Below, piece after piece: positions 10,801 through 20,094 of a stretch of DNA of 58,620 bases. The stretch's first letter is position 1, and each line of letters opens with the position of its first letter. The stretch spans positions 1-58,620 of the forward strand of contig PLAY01000182.1 in NCBI GenBank assembly GCA_003134375.1. Reading direction: 5' to 3'. The notes beneath the pieces were generated by a model that ran no database searches, was not told the DNA's origin, and saw only the letters and a list, made by a program, of their open reading frames with translations. Source of the DNA: Limisphaerales bacterium (lineage in GTDB: Bacteria > Verrucomicrobiota > Verrucomicrobiia > Limisphaerales > UBA11358). A program made the translations under genes and the position numbers.

Positions 10801-11212
10801 AAATTGCCGCCACCCGCGCCTTTGGCAGATGCTTGCCCAAATCAATGGACGTGCGAAATTCCTCCACCGCCGGCAGGTCCGGCAGGTTGGCCGGGTCGTC
10901 CACCAGATGAAACAGCGCGATGAGTGTGTGCGTCTTGCCGCCGCCGTAGGTGAGATTCAATTGCCGCACCGCCTTGTCGCTCTTGCCCGCCAGCCGCCGC
11001 ACCACGTCCCGCGCCAGGTTCCGCAGGTTATAGGTCGGATACGTGAGCGCGAAGAATTTCTTCGGGTCTTCGTAAATCGGGCGTTTGCCCTTTTTCAGGA
11101 TAACCTCATCCAGATCGGCGGCGAACATCGCCAGCGACAGCTCGCCCGATTTCAATTCATCACGAAGCTGGACCACTTCGTGCCACGGTTTCCATTTTGG
11201 TGCTGGCGGCAT
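7886..11212 (-). CDS. DUF499 family AAA+ ATPase (BREX-related system)
   Basis: KPWHEVVQLRDE, FFALTYPT, Walker A TYGGGKTH, LILLDE, SYPFHPEL, FQRTRGVLR. Confidence 0.9.
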   Translation of the reverse strand: MPPAPKWKPWHEVVQLRDELKSGELSLAMFAADLDEVILKKGKRPIYEDPKKFFALTYPTYNLRNLARDVVRRLAGKSDKAVRQLNLTYGGGKTHTLIALFHLVDDPANLPDLPAVEEFRTSIDLGKHLPKARVAAISFDKLDLETGADVADPNGKIARLFHPWSVLAWQLAGKKGLEILNGGKGMAERDSAPAENVLVDLLAVPIAEGVSVLILLDEVLMFARQKVAEDSTWLVKLQSFFQALTQAAVKTDRCAIVASLLASELKRMDKLGQEITNALKEIFARQQEEPVEPVVKEDVAEVLRRRFFKPESIKDKEALRPHALVAFKGIAAHDEIVKKQGAEAEKRYVESYPFHPELTEVFYTNWVQLDQFQRTRGVLRLFAMALRDSAGIDPCPVVGANVFLKKPGDGGLSDALRDLVEIADAQSADGQKVAWNGILNRELDFAKEIQRDFAGVAYREIEQAVLTTFFYSQPIGQKAHLRELKLAVAATNPDRIELEKALLRWAQDSYWLDDKYTATEGGTLPEDWRLGNKPNLTQIHREKKRLIENDKGLIAVRLDKAIRDVKKLTEGASGLGVRVHQLPDKPADIEDDGKFHFAVLGPEAASESGKPSAVAKRFIDETTGAAKPRVYRNAVILAVPSKDGLGMVTSRIADLLAWEQVEAELREQSKKGSVDAQRMQRLTVEMEKAKKLVPDAIRQAWCMMVTVSETNDVQAFKLSITDDPLFMTLKADTARSRLQETKITAESLLPDGPYDLWKAGDTLRRVKDLASAFAQHPHLPKMLSATAIVDTLVDGCVAGDFVLRLKRPDQTVRTWWRTRPDEEALKDPDLEVVLSTAAELVEIPGALLRKGILPGLWETKTELPLSDFKAHFTGGKVVQVDRGGYNEGQQVPKASAEVVNAAIEKAVGDGDLWLVSGPTSLFKESIPAGVLTDTSLLLPPPEPIVAAAILQANVPAAWKDGKATVAGILAQLSVQRGRPLPWYLVQQAVDGALRARLIEPDILSVPWPCDPSSAAKMILNAVAGAKGGGGGGGFGAMNDKGVTYSAHLQPHEIQELSEKMTDILEIQAKHGIKIRFNLAVEVTAEGELKPEATAELHKKLDEISDAWH

Positions 11213-11243
11213 AATAAATTCCTGTTTTGTGAGTATGCTAAAT

Positions 11244-14200
11244 TTAGGTTTCCACGTCCAATCCTAGTGAGCGCGTCGTGTCGGCCTTCGGCGCTTTCGC
11301 GCCTAGATGATTGCTCAAACTTTCCAGCAGCGAGCGTTCTTCGCCACCTTGCTCCGACAATTCAATCAACGATTGAATCAAACGCCCGAACAGTTCGTTC
11401 CGACGTAGAACGTATTCGTCGAGATAGTCATCCACCTTGCGCACGTCGCCGTCGTGCCACAGGTGCATGAGCCGGTGAACCCGATCAATCAATGGAATCT
11501 CGCGCCCGCCCACGGATTCAAAACCCATTCGCTTTTCTTTCCGCTCCTTCCACGTCCGCAGGATAAATTCGCCGCCGCTCATTTCTTCCGCCTCTGGTTC
11601 ATCCTCGTCCTCGTTCTCGTCCTCGTCCTCGCCTTCGGTAGGCACGACGCTGCCCTTCACCTTGACCAAGTTCCAGGTGCGTTCGAGCTCTACGTCCGAC
11701 AGGCCGCAACTCACTGCATATAGGATGCACGCCCCGGCGGGCGCTTTTTCAAAACCGAAATCATTTCGGTGCAGTAAATAATAGCTGGTGACGGAATCGA
11801 GACGGTCAATGCCCGACTCGATGTGCAGCACGCGCCCAACCACGAACTCGATGACGATGCGCCGCACAGCATCGAGAAACTCCTTCACGGAGAGCAATTC
11901 CTTCGTCGGACTATTGGCCTTGATGACCGCAGGATACTTGCTATAAGCCTCCATCGCCGGCCCGGTTGCTGCCCAGACAAAATCTGGCCCGCGAATCCCC
12001 CCGTCCCAGAACTCGCGCAACTGCACTGCGATGTTCTCGCGCATTTCCGCCATCACGCGATTGTCCCACCCTGCCTTCACCAAAGGATCACGCTTGCGGC
12101 AGACCAGCCAAACGGATGAAGCCAGTGCGGCAGTTGCTATTCCTCGCGCTCGCGCAGCACGTTCAGTCTGTATCGGCCAACTAGCTGTTACCACAAACCC
12201 CGCCCTTATGAGCGCAGAAACCAAAGTTTCCCATGCATCTGGCTGTTTGTGCGCGAAAACTACGACTGCACGTCCTCGCGGCGTCAGCGCTTTCCACATG
12301 CATTTGAATGCTTCGAACATCATCTGCTCGTATTTGCTTTTCTCCGTCACTCGCGATTTGTCTGGATGAACGTGCTGGACAATCTCACGAACTTTATCGG
12401 TTAGCTCTGCGCTGAACTCTTTTTCGTATTGCCCTTTCAAGACCCGTCGAAACCAGACATAGAAAACATCTGATAAATCGGCATACGAAATCGCTTCGTA
12501 ATAAGGGGGGTCTGTGACAATTACATCCACTATTCCATCACCACGGAGAGTTGTTGCTGATTCAAGTTCAATTTTGGGGGCAATCAACGACTCATCGACC
12601 ATACGTGCCAATGAGTGGCATGCAGAAACCGTTGAATCCAGCATGCTTGCGAACGAACCGCAACGGTCCGCAGTGACCGCGACTTCACAATAGTCCCAAG
12701 TATAAGCTAGTGAGAATCGCGAATAGATAGAACGAATTTGTTCGTTGGGCACATTCCAGCTACAAAGTGCAGTGCAATGTTCAATTAGTTTCCCCAAAGT
12801 AGTTAACAGAAATGCTTGGATTGGCTCACGCCAGTCCTTTCCCATGTTGCCTCCGTCGGAGTAGCCAGGTAGCTCCTTTATTAAACGACCAAGACACGCA
12901 AGCCCGACACGTTGTCGCCCAGTATACAAGTCAGCCTGGGAGCGAATGTCGTAGCCTTGGACGGAAATTGATCGAGTGCTTGCGGGTGCGATTGGCTCAT
13001 TTAAATCGCCACAACAAAGGCCAGCGAAGGCTCTCTGAAGCTCGCCGGCCGAAACAGGGACGATCTCGCGTTCAAATTTAGTCGGCAACCGATACTCCTT
13101 ACCTTTTGGCCCGTCCAACACAACCGCCGTAATGAGCTCCCCGAGCAATCCGTTTCGAGCGGCGTAGCGAATATCATTCATTTCCATGATCGCAGGACAG
13201 CACGGACACTGTGCCCCGGCCCGCGACATTGTGCCCGCACCTACTTTTTTGTCGTTCTCGCGTTTTTGCGCCGCGTTGCCACCCCGCTCCGGAACATTTT
13301 CCTCAATAGAAAATTCCGCACCAGACCCATCTTTTTTTGCGTCCATAACTAAACGGATGCGCTTCCCCTCCGATTTGCAGAGCCAAAGGGTCTTAAGAAG
13401 AGGAATTTTGGCACGGCAATTCTTGCACGTCACCGTCCGCGCCCACAGATAAGCCACGGTCGGCTTCGCAAGCCAGCGCGGGTTGGTCTTGTCCTGCAAA
13501 TATACTTCACCCAACTCTGCATTCAGCTTAAACGTATTCGTGAAACCATTGTCGTCTGGCTCAATCAAACGCATCGGCTGCGGTTCAAACGCCTTACCCG
13601 GCACCAACGGTTGCCATTCGGCATAGGTAGGATACAGGTGCGCCAGTTCCTTTCGCGCTTCCGCCAAGACTTTCCTTCCCCACGCGCGGACGTGCCACGC
13701 CAAATCAGCATCCAGCGCCACACCCGCATTCGCTGCCGCTTGTTCAAAATCCCATTCATCCTGCTGATGCTCTCCCTCGCGGGCGTGATGCCCTAAAGTA
13801 TCAAGCGTTTTTCGTAACTTCGCGCCCTTGAGACCTTTGACCTCGTTCAGAAAGTCCTCCATGAACTCACGATCGCGCAAAATAAAATCCGGCAGGGGTC
13901 GTTTCTGTCCCGCCAATTTTTGCGGGTATTCCAGCGTGCATTTCAGAATAAACCACGCCACCGGGTTCAAGTCAGCGGCCGTCACTTCGCAGCCCAGCCG
14001 CATTGCTTCCAGCGGAATTGACCCACCACCCGAAAACGGGTCGAGCACCCTCGGTGGACTTCCACCATTCGCTTTTCGGATTTCTTGCCGAAACCAGTCA
14101 AACAATGGTTTGTTTTCGGTTTCGCGTTTCCACCGCAGAATCCCGCCGTCCGTGACTTCCTTCACTCGGCCTTCCTTGTCTTTTTCCGTTGTCAGCTTGC

Positions 14201-14420
14201 CACCGATTTTCTCACACAATTCCTTGCGCCCTTCCGGTGTGCCTGGATCAGGCAGCAGCGTTGCCAGCAACGCCGCCCGTGCTGCCGCCAGCGGTCGTCT
14301 CGCCGGCCAGATATGTAGCGTAGAGATATGCCCATGCCGCACGTTCTTTTCATGCATCGAGTCAATGGACGCCTGCCGCAGCGGAAAAGCATGTTCAATC
14401 AATCGCGGGTAATCTTTCAT
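11244..14420 (-). CDS. DUF1156 family adenine-specific DNA methyltransferase with Zn ribbon
   Basis: LHIWPARRPLAAARA, motif I LDPFSGGGSIPLEA, CKNC...CPCC, motif IV TDPPYY. Confidence 0.9.
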   Translation of the reverse strand: MKDYPRLIEHAFPLRQASIDSMHEKNVRHGHISTLHIWPARRPLAAARAALLATLLPDPGTPEGRKELCEKIGGKLTTEKDKEGRVKEVTDGGILRWKRETENKPLFDWFRQEIRKANGGSPPRVLDPFSGGGSIPLEAMRLGCEVTAADLNPVAWFILKCTLEYPQKLAGQKRPLPDFILRDREFMEDFLNEVKGLKGAKLRKTLDTLGHHAREGEHQQDEWDFEQAAANAGVALDADLAWHVRAWGRKVLAEARKELAHLYPTYAEWQPLVPGKAFEPQPMRLIEPDDNGFTNTFKLNAELGEVYLQDKTNPRWLAKPTVAYLWARTVTCKNCRAKIPLLKTLWLCKSEGKRIRLVMDAKKDGSGAEFSIEENVPERGGNAAQKRENDKKVGAGTMSRAGAQCPCCPAIMEMNDIRYAARNGLLGELITAVVLDGPKGKEYRLPTKFEREIVPVSAGELQRAFAGLCCGDLNEPIAPASTRSISVQGYDIRSQADLYTGRQRVGLACLGRLIKELPGYSDGGNMGKDWREPIQAFLLTTLGKLIEHCTALCSWNVPNEQIRSIYSRFSLAYTWDYCEVAVTADRCGSFASMLDSTVSACHSLARMVDESLIAPKIELESATTLRGDGIVDVIVTDPPYYEAISYADLSDVFYVWFRRVLKGQYEKEFSAELTDKVREIVQHVHPDKSRVTEKSKYEQMMFEAFKCMWKALTPRGRAVVVFAHKQPDAWETLVSALIRAGFVVTASWPIQTERAARARGIATAALASSVWLVCRKRDPLVKAGWDNRVMAEMRENIAVQLREFWDGGIRGPDFVWAATGPAMEAYSKYPAVIKANSPTKELLSVKEFLDAVRRIVIEFVVGRVLHIESGIDRLDSVTSYYLLHRNDFGFEKAPAGACILYAVSCGLSDVELERTWNLVKVKGSVVPTEGEDEDENEDEDEPEAEEMSGGEFILRTWKERKEKRMGFESVGGREIPLIDRVHRLMHLWHDGDVRKVDDYLDEYVLRRNELFGRLIQSLIELSEQGGEERSLLESLSNHLGAKAPKADTTRSLGLDVET

Positions 14421-14426
14421 GGTGAC

Positions 14427-16226
14427 TTAAAGAGTTTCTTGAATAACGACCGAATTGAACACGGCATTGCGAACGGCGTCAGCATTCGGTGCAGCCCGTA
14501 ATTCGGCATCGAGCCGTTGCCGAGCAAAAGCGGCGCGCTGGAAAACTTCCCGCAATGAAATGACGTGTGGATTCAGCGTCAGCGAACGCAGGCATACAAT
14601 GATAAGTTCCTTTAGATAAAACTCCATGTTTGCTGTGAACAGTGGAAGTTTTAACCGCACTGCCGAGCCGTGGACAATGCAGCACCGAATCCGATAAAGC
14701 CGGCCAAGCTGCCAGAGCAAATGACGTTGATGCGCCAAGAGTGCGTCAGCGGTCTTTTTCGGGTCTTGCAACACCTCCGCCAGACGGCCAATCCGCAGCG
14801 TGGCGACCGGGTTGCTTGGAAAGCTGTTCGCCAGCTTAGTCGCCAGCGGTTGTGCCTGAAGCAATTTCAATGCGCCGGAATATTCCAGATCATTGAGCGT
14901 TGCCGCGCCGGATCCTGCGGCAAGGTCGGCGTCCCACGCGATATTTTGACCCTTGAGTGTTCTGACCAAATCACTCACAAGCCGGTAAAGGTAGCGCTGG
15001 AGCAGGGAGTCGCTGGCATGGATCGCCACCGTGCGCCCGATATACCCGTCGTTGCTGACGTAAGACAAAAACTCCAGCCCCATCCACCAGTTGAGAAATT
15101 TGTCCTTATAGGTGTCCGCATCACTGCCGAAACGGTAGTGCCGGATGGCCGCCCGCAGCCGCTCGCGCGATTCCGGCTCAATGGTGGTCCGGCTAAACAT
15201 GGCTTCCATCTGCTCGGAAAATTCGCGGAAGGCGTCGGGCGTCAGATGGTGATGCGGATTCGGCACGAGATGCCGCACCACCCGGATGTCATTGTGATGG
15301 TCGCCGAGCCGTTCCACAAAGCATCGTTCATCCACCTTGAGCGGTTCGGGTTCAAAGTTGAACCGCAATTGATCGAGGCATTGCTCGAACTTCTCACGTG
15401 CAGTAATCGCCGCCGCCGTGAGATCCACGGCTTCGACGGGCGTTTCAGCAAACGTCGTGAGTGAACTGGTGATCGCGAATTTGCGCTGCTGTGCGCTGCC
15501 GTCGGGGGTAAAACCGGGCAGCGCCCGGAAATTAAAACCTGCGAAATTTCCGAAGCCGGACAACTTGGAACTGCCGCTCAACCGCAAAATTACCCGATAC
15601 TTTTGCCTGCTCCACGAGAGTTGCTGGATGAGAAAGCGCAGGTTGCCGGCAAACGTGTCATAGGGTGGACGCTTGTTTTGAAAGAACAAAACCACCCAAC
15701 TGAACAGGGTTTCAAGCGGCCAGCCTTGGTCCACCAGGTCGCTTAACAGTGCCCCGACAACCGCCTCGGTCTTTTGATTATCACCACCCACAATCGTGTC
15801 TGGCAGGATTGCCAGCAGTTGCTTGCAGTAGTCCCGCTCCAACGCTGCCGAAAAGTCCGCGACGATGAATCGGAACTCCCTGAGTTTCTGTTCCTGTGTC
15901 GCGTCCTTTTTCTTCTCGTCCGGGATTGGAGGAGTTTTCAGCAGCGGTTGCAACAACCCGAGATGTCGCGCAAAGGAGTTGGCCGACAGCGGATCACGGG
16001 CAAGAATCTCGTCCGCTTCCGCGCAAAGGTCTTGAATCTCGTCCGGTTTGGCACGGCCAATTCGGAGTTCCTGATCCAGTTCCCGGATGATGGTTCGTGC
16101 GTTCAGACAACGCACCCGATGAGAATCCAAGGACGCCTCGTGCGTCATCCCATGCCACAGTTCGAGAAAGAATTTCTCATGCGCAAGGAATGTCCCCGTA
16201 GGATGTTGGCGGTTGAGCAGATTCAT
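14427..16226 (-). CDS. HEPN-domain protein (ApeA-like C-terminal HEPN), putative RNase effector
   Basis: KFLNWWMGLE helix and RxxxxH motif in RLYRIRCCIVHG near the C-terminus; 599 aa. Confidence 0.7.
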   Translation of the reverse strand: MNLLNRQHPTGTFLAHEKFFLELWHGMTHEASLDSHRVRCLNARTIIRELDQELRIGRAKPDEIQDLCAEADEILARDPLSANSFARHLGLLQPLLKTPPIPDEKKKDATQEQKLREFRFIVADFSAALERDYCKQLLAILPDTIVGGDNQKTEAVVGALLSDLVDQGWPLETLFSWVVLFFQNKRPPYDTFAGNLRFLIQQLSWSRQKYRVILRLSGSSKLSGFGNFAGFNFRALPGFTPDGSAQQRKFAITSSLTTFAETPVEAVDLTAAAITAREKFEQCLDQLRFNFEPEPLKVDERCFVERLGDHHNDIRVVRHLVPNPHHHLTPDAFREFSEQMEAMFSRTTIEPESRERLRAAIRHYRFGSDADTYKDKFLNWWMGLEFLSYVSNDGYIGRTVAIHASDSLLQRYLYRLVSDLVRTLKGQNIAWDADLAAGSGAATLNDLEYSGALKLLQAQPLATKLANSFPSNPVATLRIGRLAEVLQDPKKTADALLAHQRHLLWQLGRLYRIRCCIVHGSAVRLKLPLFTANMEFYLKELIIVCLRSLTLNPHVISLREVFQRAAFARQRLDAELRAAPNADAVRNAVFNSVVIQETL

Positions 16227-16279
16227 AGGTTTTTTAGGCTTGCAACGGATGCGCCGATGTGGAATCGTAGTTTCATATT

Positions 16280-16417
16280 CGGGAGTTAAGGGTGCTGGTT
16301 AGTTCCGCAAGGAACTGTGGCAGTAATGCCCCCACACCAAACACTCCCGTCCATTTCATAAATCTGTCGGCGATAATATCACCGGCGCAACACCCAGCGA
16401 AAGCTGGGTGTTTTTTT
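16280..16417 (+). ncRNA. Putative structured non-coding RNA, family unassigned
   Basis: CGGGAGU/ACUCCCG closing stem; hairpins AGUUCC-GCAA-GGAACU and GGCA-GUAA-UGCC; GUCGG..CCGGC stem; terminator with GAAA loop. All three tetraloops are GNRA only on the + strand. Confidence 0.65.
16389..16417 (+). terminator. Intrinsic terminator on the + strand, opposite to the flanking genes
   Basis: AACACCCAGC-GAAA-GCTGGGTGTT with a T7 run at 16411-16417. Confidence 0.8.
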
Positions 16418-16463
16418 ATTCCGGTTTGTTCAAATTCGCTTTTCATCATTAGTATATTTCGAT

Positions 16464-19400
16464 TCATGCCAGGTGTTCCCCGGCGGCTAAAATGTCATTG
16501 GCGTCCAGATCAAATCCTGCGGCGCGTTCCACCAGCTTTTCAAACGGGTCTTGCACCGCAACCATGCGCGGCGCAGCAGACGCACAATCAAACACCGCGT
16601 AAAGCCAGTATTCTTCCCGCCGGTTTGCCGCCGCCGCCCATTCGTTTGTGCTGATATGGATGTTGCCCAGCCGCGCCCGGCCCTTGATTTCAATGCACCG
16701 CCGCTTGCCGTCGGGACGGTGGCTCAAAACATCAAACCCCGGCCAGGGCGAGTTCAAACCGGCCAGCAGGGACAATTCCGGCGAGTGAACGTCTTGCACC
16801 CGCGCCCCAAGCGCCCGTTCATGGGCCATCACCAGTTCCATCGCCACGCGCTCCACTTCGGCGTCGTAGCGCATACTCTCTTCGTCGTTCGCCGCCGGAC
16901 GCACCAAAACGTGCGCCAGAAATTCCACCGGCCCGACGCCAATCAGCGCCGGCTCGCGCAACACCGTTTGCTCCGCGTCCTGTGACCGTGCTTCCCACGC
17001 CCGCTGCAAATCCCGGATGCGTGCAATCTCGCGTTCCGCCGAGGGATGGCCGTCGTTCCGCCGCTTGCTCCACACCGTCCGCGACTGGACGAGTTCTTTT
17101 TGCTCGTAAAAAAATCCCTGCCGCAAAAATTCAATGCGCGAGGCGAGGTCCGCGTTCAGACGGTCGCGATGTTTCTGCGCAAACTCTTTCGCCACCGTCG
17201 CCACCATGAAGGCCCGCGCCTCCTCGATGCGGCCTTGGGCCGACACCGCCAGCCGTTGCGCGTCCAGCGGCAGCCCGCCTGTGCGCGGTTCCAGCAAAAG
17301 AAATTCCTCGATTGGCCGCACCGTCATCGTTCCGTCCTCATGCTGGCGCACGGCCACGAGGGATTGTTCCAGCACTTCGTCGCCCTTCAGCGCCGCCAGC
17401 GACGGATCAGCGCGGCGCAGAATCGTGACGGATGCTAGGTGCAGCAAATAAGAATGGTTCGAGGACGGGTCAACCACCACCGCGCCGCGCATAGCATGTG
17501 GCATCGCCGCAAAATTCACCAGTTCCCGGAGTTGGTCGAAAACCGGTTCGCCCGGATGAATCCACACCGGCCCGTCCACACCCCGTTCCGGGCGCGAAAA
17601 CGTGATGTCAAAATAGTCGCCGGTTTTGGCTTCCAGCATCGGCAGCAATGGATCAAGTGCCCGTGGCCGCGTCGGTATCAGCCGGAAACGATTTTCTTCC
17701 AGCGGCGACAGACGCAGATGCAGCAACGGCGAAGCATCCTGGACGAACTGCCGCACATATCCCGGCAGCAGTTGCGAATAAACTTCCGTCGCCATCTTCT
17801 CCTTCAGCGCCGGTAATTGTCGCGCCACGTCTCCACCGTCGCCGTAAAGCCGCCGTTCGCGTTCGGCAATGGCCACGACTTGCTCTTTCGTCAGTTGCCC
17901 GCCCAAGTCGAGCGCAAGCTGGTCCATGTCCTCACCATCCAGCGACCGGCGCATGTAATCAGTGATGCTCTTGCCCTCGAAAATGCGCCCGATGACATCA
18001 AACACCTTCTCGGATTTCAATTCCTTGCGGATGGCTTCCAGTTTATCCAGCAGTATTTTGACGACTTTGCCTTCGCGGGTCTTGCCCGCAATCAGGTTGA
18101 TGATGAACACTTCCGATTTTTTCTGGCCGTAACGGTGAATGCGGCCCATGCGTTGTTCCAGCCGCGCCGGATTCCATGGCACGTCATAATTCACCATCAC
18201 CCAGCAGAATTGCAGATTGATGCCTTCGCCGGCCGCATCCGTGCAAACCATGATGCGCGCCCCGCCATCCTCAATCGGCTTTTTGAAAAACGCGACCTGC
18301 TCACCGCGCTCGACGTAATTCATGCCGCCGTGGATGCTGGCGACTTGACCCGTGAAGCCCAGGCCGTCCAGCCGGCTTTTGAGATATGTCATCGTGTCCC
18401 GGTGCTCCGTGAACACCAGCAGCTTCTCATTGCGAAACCGCTTGTCCTCGATGATGCCGCGCAGTTTTTCAAACTTCGATTCGTGCCCAAGCTCTTGCAC
18501 CTTACGTGCCAGCACCAGCAGTTTCGCGACATGCTCTTTTTCGATTTCCAGATCGGCGATGGTGGTCGCGACAAAGCTGCCAAGGATTTCACCTTCGGAA
18601 CGCTCATTCTCCTCTTCGCCGTCGCGCTCTTGTTCCTCATCAGCGGTGCGACCTTCAAACGGATCGTCATCTTCGCGCAGCCGCTCCGCCTGTTTTGCGA
18701 GTTTCACCAAATCAATGCGCCCGGCCACCACGTCCTGAATCACGCCGTCCAGCTTTGCCAATCGCCGTTCCATCGAGCGCAGCAAGGCGTAGGTTGAACT
18801 CGCCATGCGCCGCTGAAAAACACCCAGCGCCAGTTGCGCCGCCGTCTTGTTCAGCATTTTAGCCCGGTTGTAAATGAACCGCAGATAATCCGTCGTCTGG
18901 TCGTAAAGTGCCTGTTCGCTCACCGGCCCTTGCGTCAGGTCGTAGGAAAAAGTGTCCGTCGTGCGGCGTGGATAAAGTGGCTTGCCTTCAAACGTCACCA
19001 TTTCCTCTTTGGTGCGGCGGATAAAAAACCGTTCACGGCTTTCGCGCGGCATCGCCTGAAATGCGTCAATGGTGCTGAAGGTTTGCGGGTCGAGCAGCTT
19101 CCACAGCGCGAAAAACGGATAATCTTTGCCCATGTGCGGCGTCGCCGTCAGCAGCAACAGATGCCGGGCGCTCCAGCCAAGATTCCATTCAGTCTGGCGA
19201 TTCGCCACGCCCGCCAGTGCCTCCGCTAGTTCATAACGTGCCGACCGTCGCACTGTGAAGTCTGGGTCTTGCCGCGCCGAAAGTTTGTGCGCCTCGTCAA
19301 AGACCACGAGGTCGTAAGGCATCACACCGGCTTCCGCCAGCCGCAGGAATGCCCGCTCGCCGCGCAACGTGTCCACGGAGCAGATGACATGGTCGCAGTT

Positions 19401-20027
19401 CGGGCCGGTGGAAAAGGGGTTGCTGTTTCGCGCCGCGAGATCCGCGCCGGTCACGACGGCAAATTCCATTCCAAACAATTCGCGTAATTCGTTCTGCCAG
19501 TTGCCGACCAACCCAGCCGGCGGCACGATGAGGATGCGCTGGATCAAACGACGAGCCAGCATCTCGCGAATGTAAAGCCCGGTCATGATGGTTTTGCCCG
19601 CGCCCGCGTCGTCGGCCAGCAGGAAGCGGAGGCGCGGTTGCTTGAGCATGTGCTCATAAACGGCAATCCGTTGGTGAGGCAGGGCATCAATCTTGGAAAC
19701 TTCCGTAGCGAACGCCGGATTTGCCAGATGCCCGAACGCCAGCCGTTCACCTTCCACCATCGCCCGAACGGCCAACCCATCGCCCATGAAGTCCACCGCT
19801 TGCGGCTGAACCGGCCTGCCCGTCCGCATATTATTCTCCGACTTTTCGCCAATCACATCCAAGAACTTCTCCCAAAACATCGGCGAAGGCTCGACGCGCC
19901 CCTTTTCCCAGCGCGAAATCGTGACATTCGTCATCCCCAGCCGCTTCGCAAGTTCACCTTGCGTCCACCCCCGCGCCCGCCGCTTGGTTTTGACTAAATC
20001 CCCATAATTGTTTGGAACATCGGCCAT
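16464..20027 (-). CDS. XRE-HTH / SNF2 helicase / DUF3883 nuclease fusion (helicase of the DUF499 system)
   Basis: N-terminal WTQGELAKRLGMTNVTISRWEKG; LLADDAGAGKT; DEAH; QRMGRIHRYGQ; C-terminal GFDVLS...IEIKG. Confidence 0.9.
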   Translation of the reverse strand: MADVPNNYGDLVKTKRRARGWTQGELAKRLGMTNVTISRWEKGRVEPSPMFWEKFLDVIGEKSENNMRTGRPVQPQAVDFMGDGLAVRAMVEGERLAFGHLANPAFATEVSKIDALPHQRIAVYEHMLKQPRLRFLLADDAGAGKTIMTGLYIREMLARRLIQRILIVPPAGLVGNWQNELRELFGMEFAVVTGADLAARNSNPFSTGPNCDHVICSVDTLRGERAFLRLAEAGVMPYDLVVFDEAHKLSARQDPDFTVRRSARYELAEALAGVANRQTEWNLGWSARHLLLLTATPHMGKDYPFFALWKLLDPQTFSTIDAFQAMPRESRERFFIRRTKEEMVTFEGKPLYPRRTTDTFSYDLTQGPVSEQALYDQTTDYLRFIYNRAKMLNKTAAQLALGVFQRRMASSTYALLRSMERRLAKLDGVIQDVVAGRIDLVKLAKQAERLREDDDPFEGRTADEEQERDGEEENERSEGEILGSFVATTIADLEIEKEHVAKLLVLARKVQELGHESKFEKLRGIIEDKRFRNEKLLVFTEHRDTMTYLKSRLDGLGFTGQVASIHGGMNYVERGEQVAFFKKPIEDGGARIMVCTDAAGEGINLQFCWVMVNYDVPWNPARLEQRMGRIHRYGQKKSEVFIINLIAGKTREGKVVKILLDKLEAIRKELKSEKVFDVIGRIFEGKSITDYMRRSLDGEDMDQLALDLGGQLTKEQVVAIAERERRLYGDGGDVARQLPALKEKMATEVYSQLLPGYVRQFVQDASPLLHLRLSPLEENRFRLIPTRPRALDPLLPMLEAKTGDYFDITFSRPERGVDGPVWIHPGEPVFDQLRELVNFAAMPHAMRGAVVVDPSSNHSYLLHLASVTILRRADPSLAALKGDEVLEQSLVAVRQHEDGTMTVRPIEEFLLLEPRTGGLPLDAQRLAVSAQGRIEEARAFMVATVAKEFAQKHRDRLNADLASRIEFLRQGFFYEQKELVQSRTVWSKRRNDGHPSAEREIARIRDLQRAWEARSQDAEQTVLREPALIGVGPVEFLAHVLVRPAANDEESMRYDAEVERVAMELVMAHERALGARVQDVHSPELSLLAGLNSPWPGFDVLSHRPDGKRRCIEIKGRARLGNIHISTNEWAAAANRREEYWLYAVFDCASAAPRMVAVQDPFEKLVERAAGFDLDANDILAAGEHLA

Positions 20028-20036
20028 TGGAGTTAC

Positions 20037-20088
20037 AATTTAACACAGGTTAAAATCACTTGTCAAGCGGCAAGAGACATGATATGCT
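20037..20088. promoter_or_regulatory. Overlapping divergent sigma70-like promoters with a palindromic operator
   Basis: + strand TTGTCA(20060)-17-TATGCT(20083) with TG extension. - strand TTGACA(20066)-17/18-TTAAAT/TAAATT. Inverted repeat TTTAAC-ACAG-GTTAAA at 20039-20054. Confidence 0.65.
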
Positions 20089-20094
20089 AAAAAC

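Noticed and set aside
11590-11635. tcctcg-type short repeats
   Set aside because: They encode the acidic linker EDEDENEDEDE of the methyltransferase.
16280-16350. tRNA or self-cleaving ribozyme (ccacacca looks like a CCA end)
   Set aside because: No GTTCRA T-loop or cloverleaf, and no hammerhead CUGANGA or twister core on either strand.
8094-18797. Long + strand ORFs (8094-9428, 9233-10378, 14670-15464, 17817-18797)
   Set aside because: Antisense shadows of motif-bearing - strand genes in GC-rich DNA.
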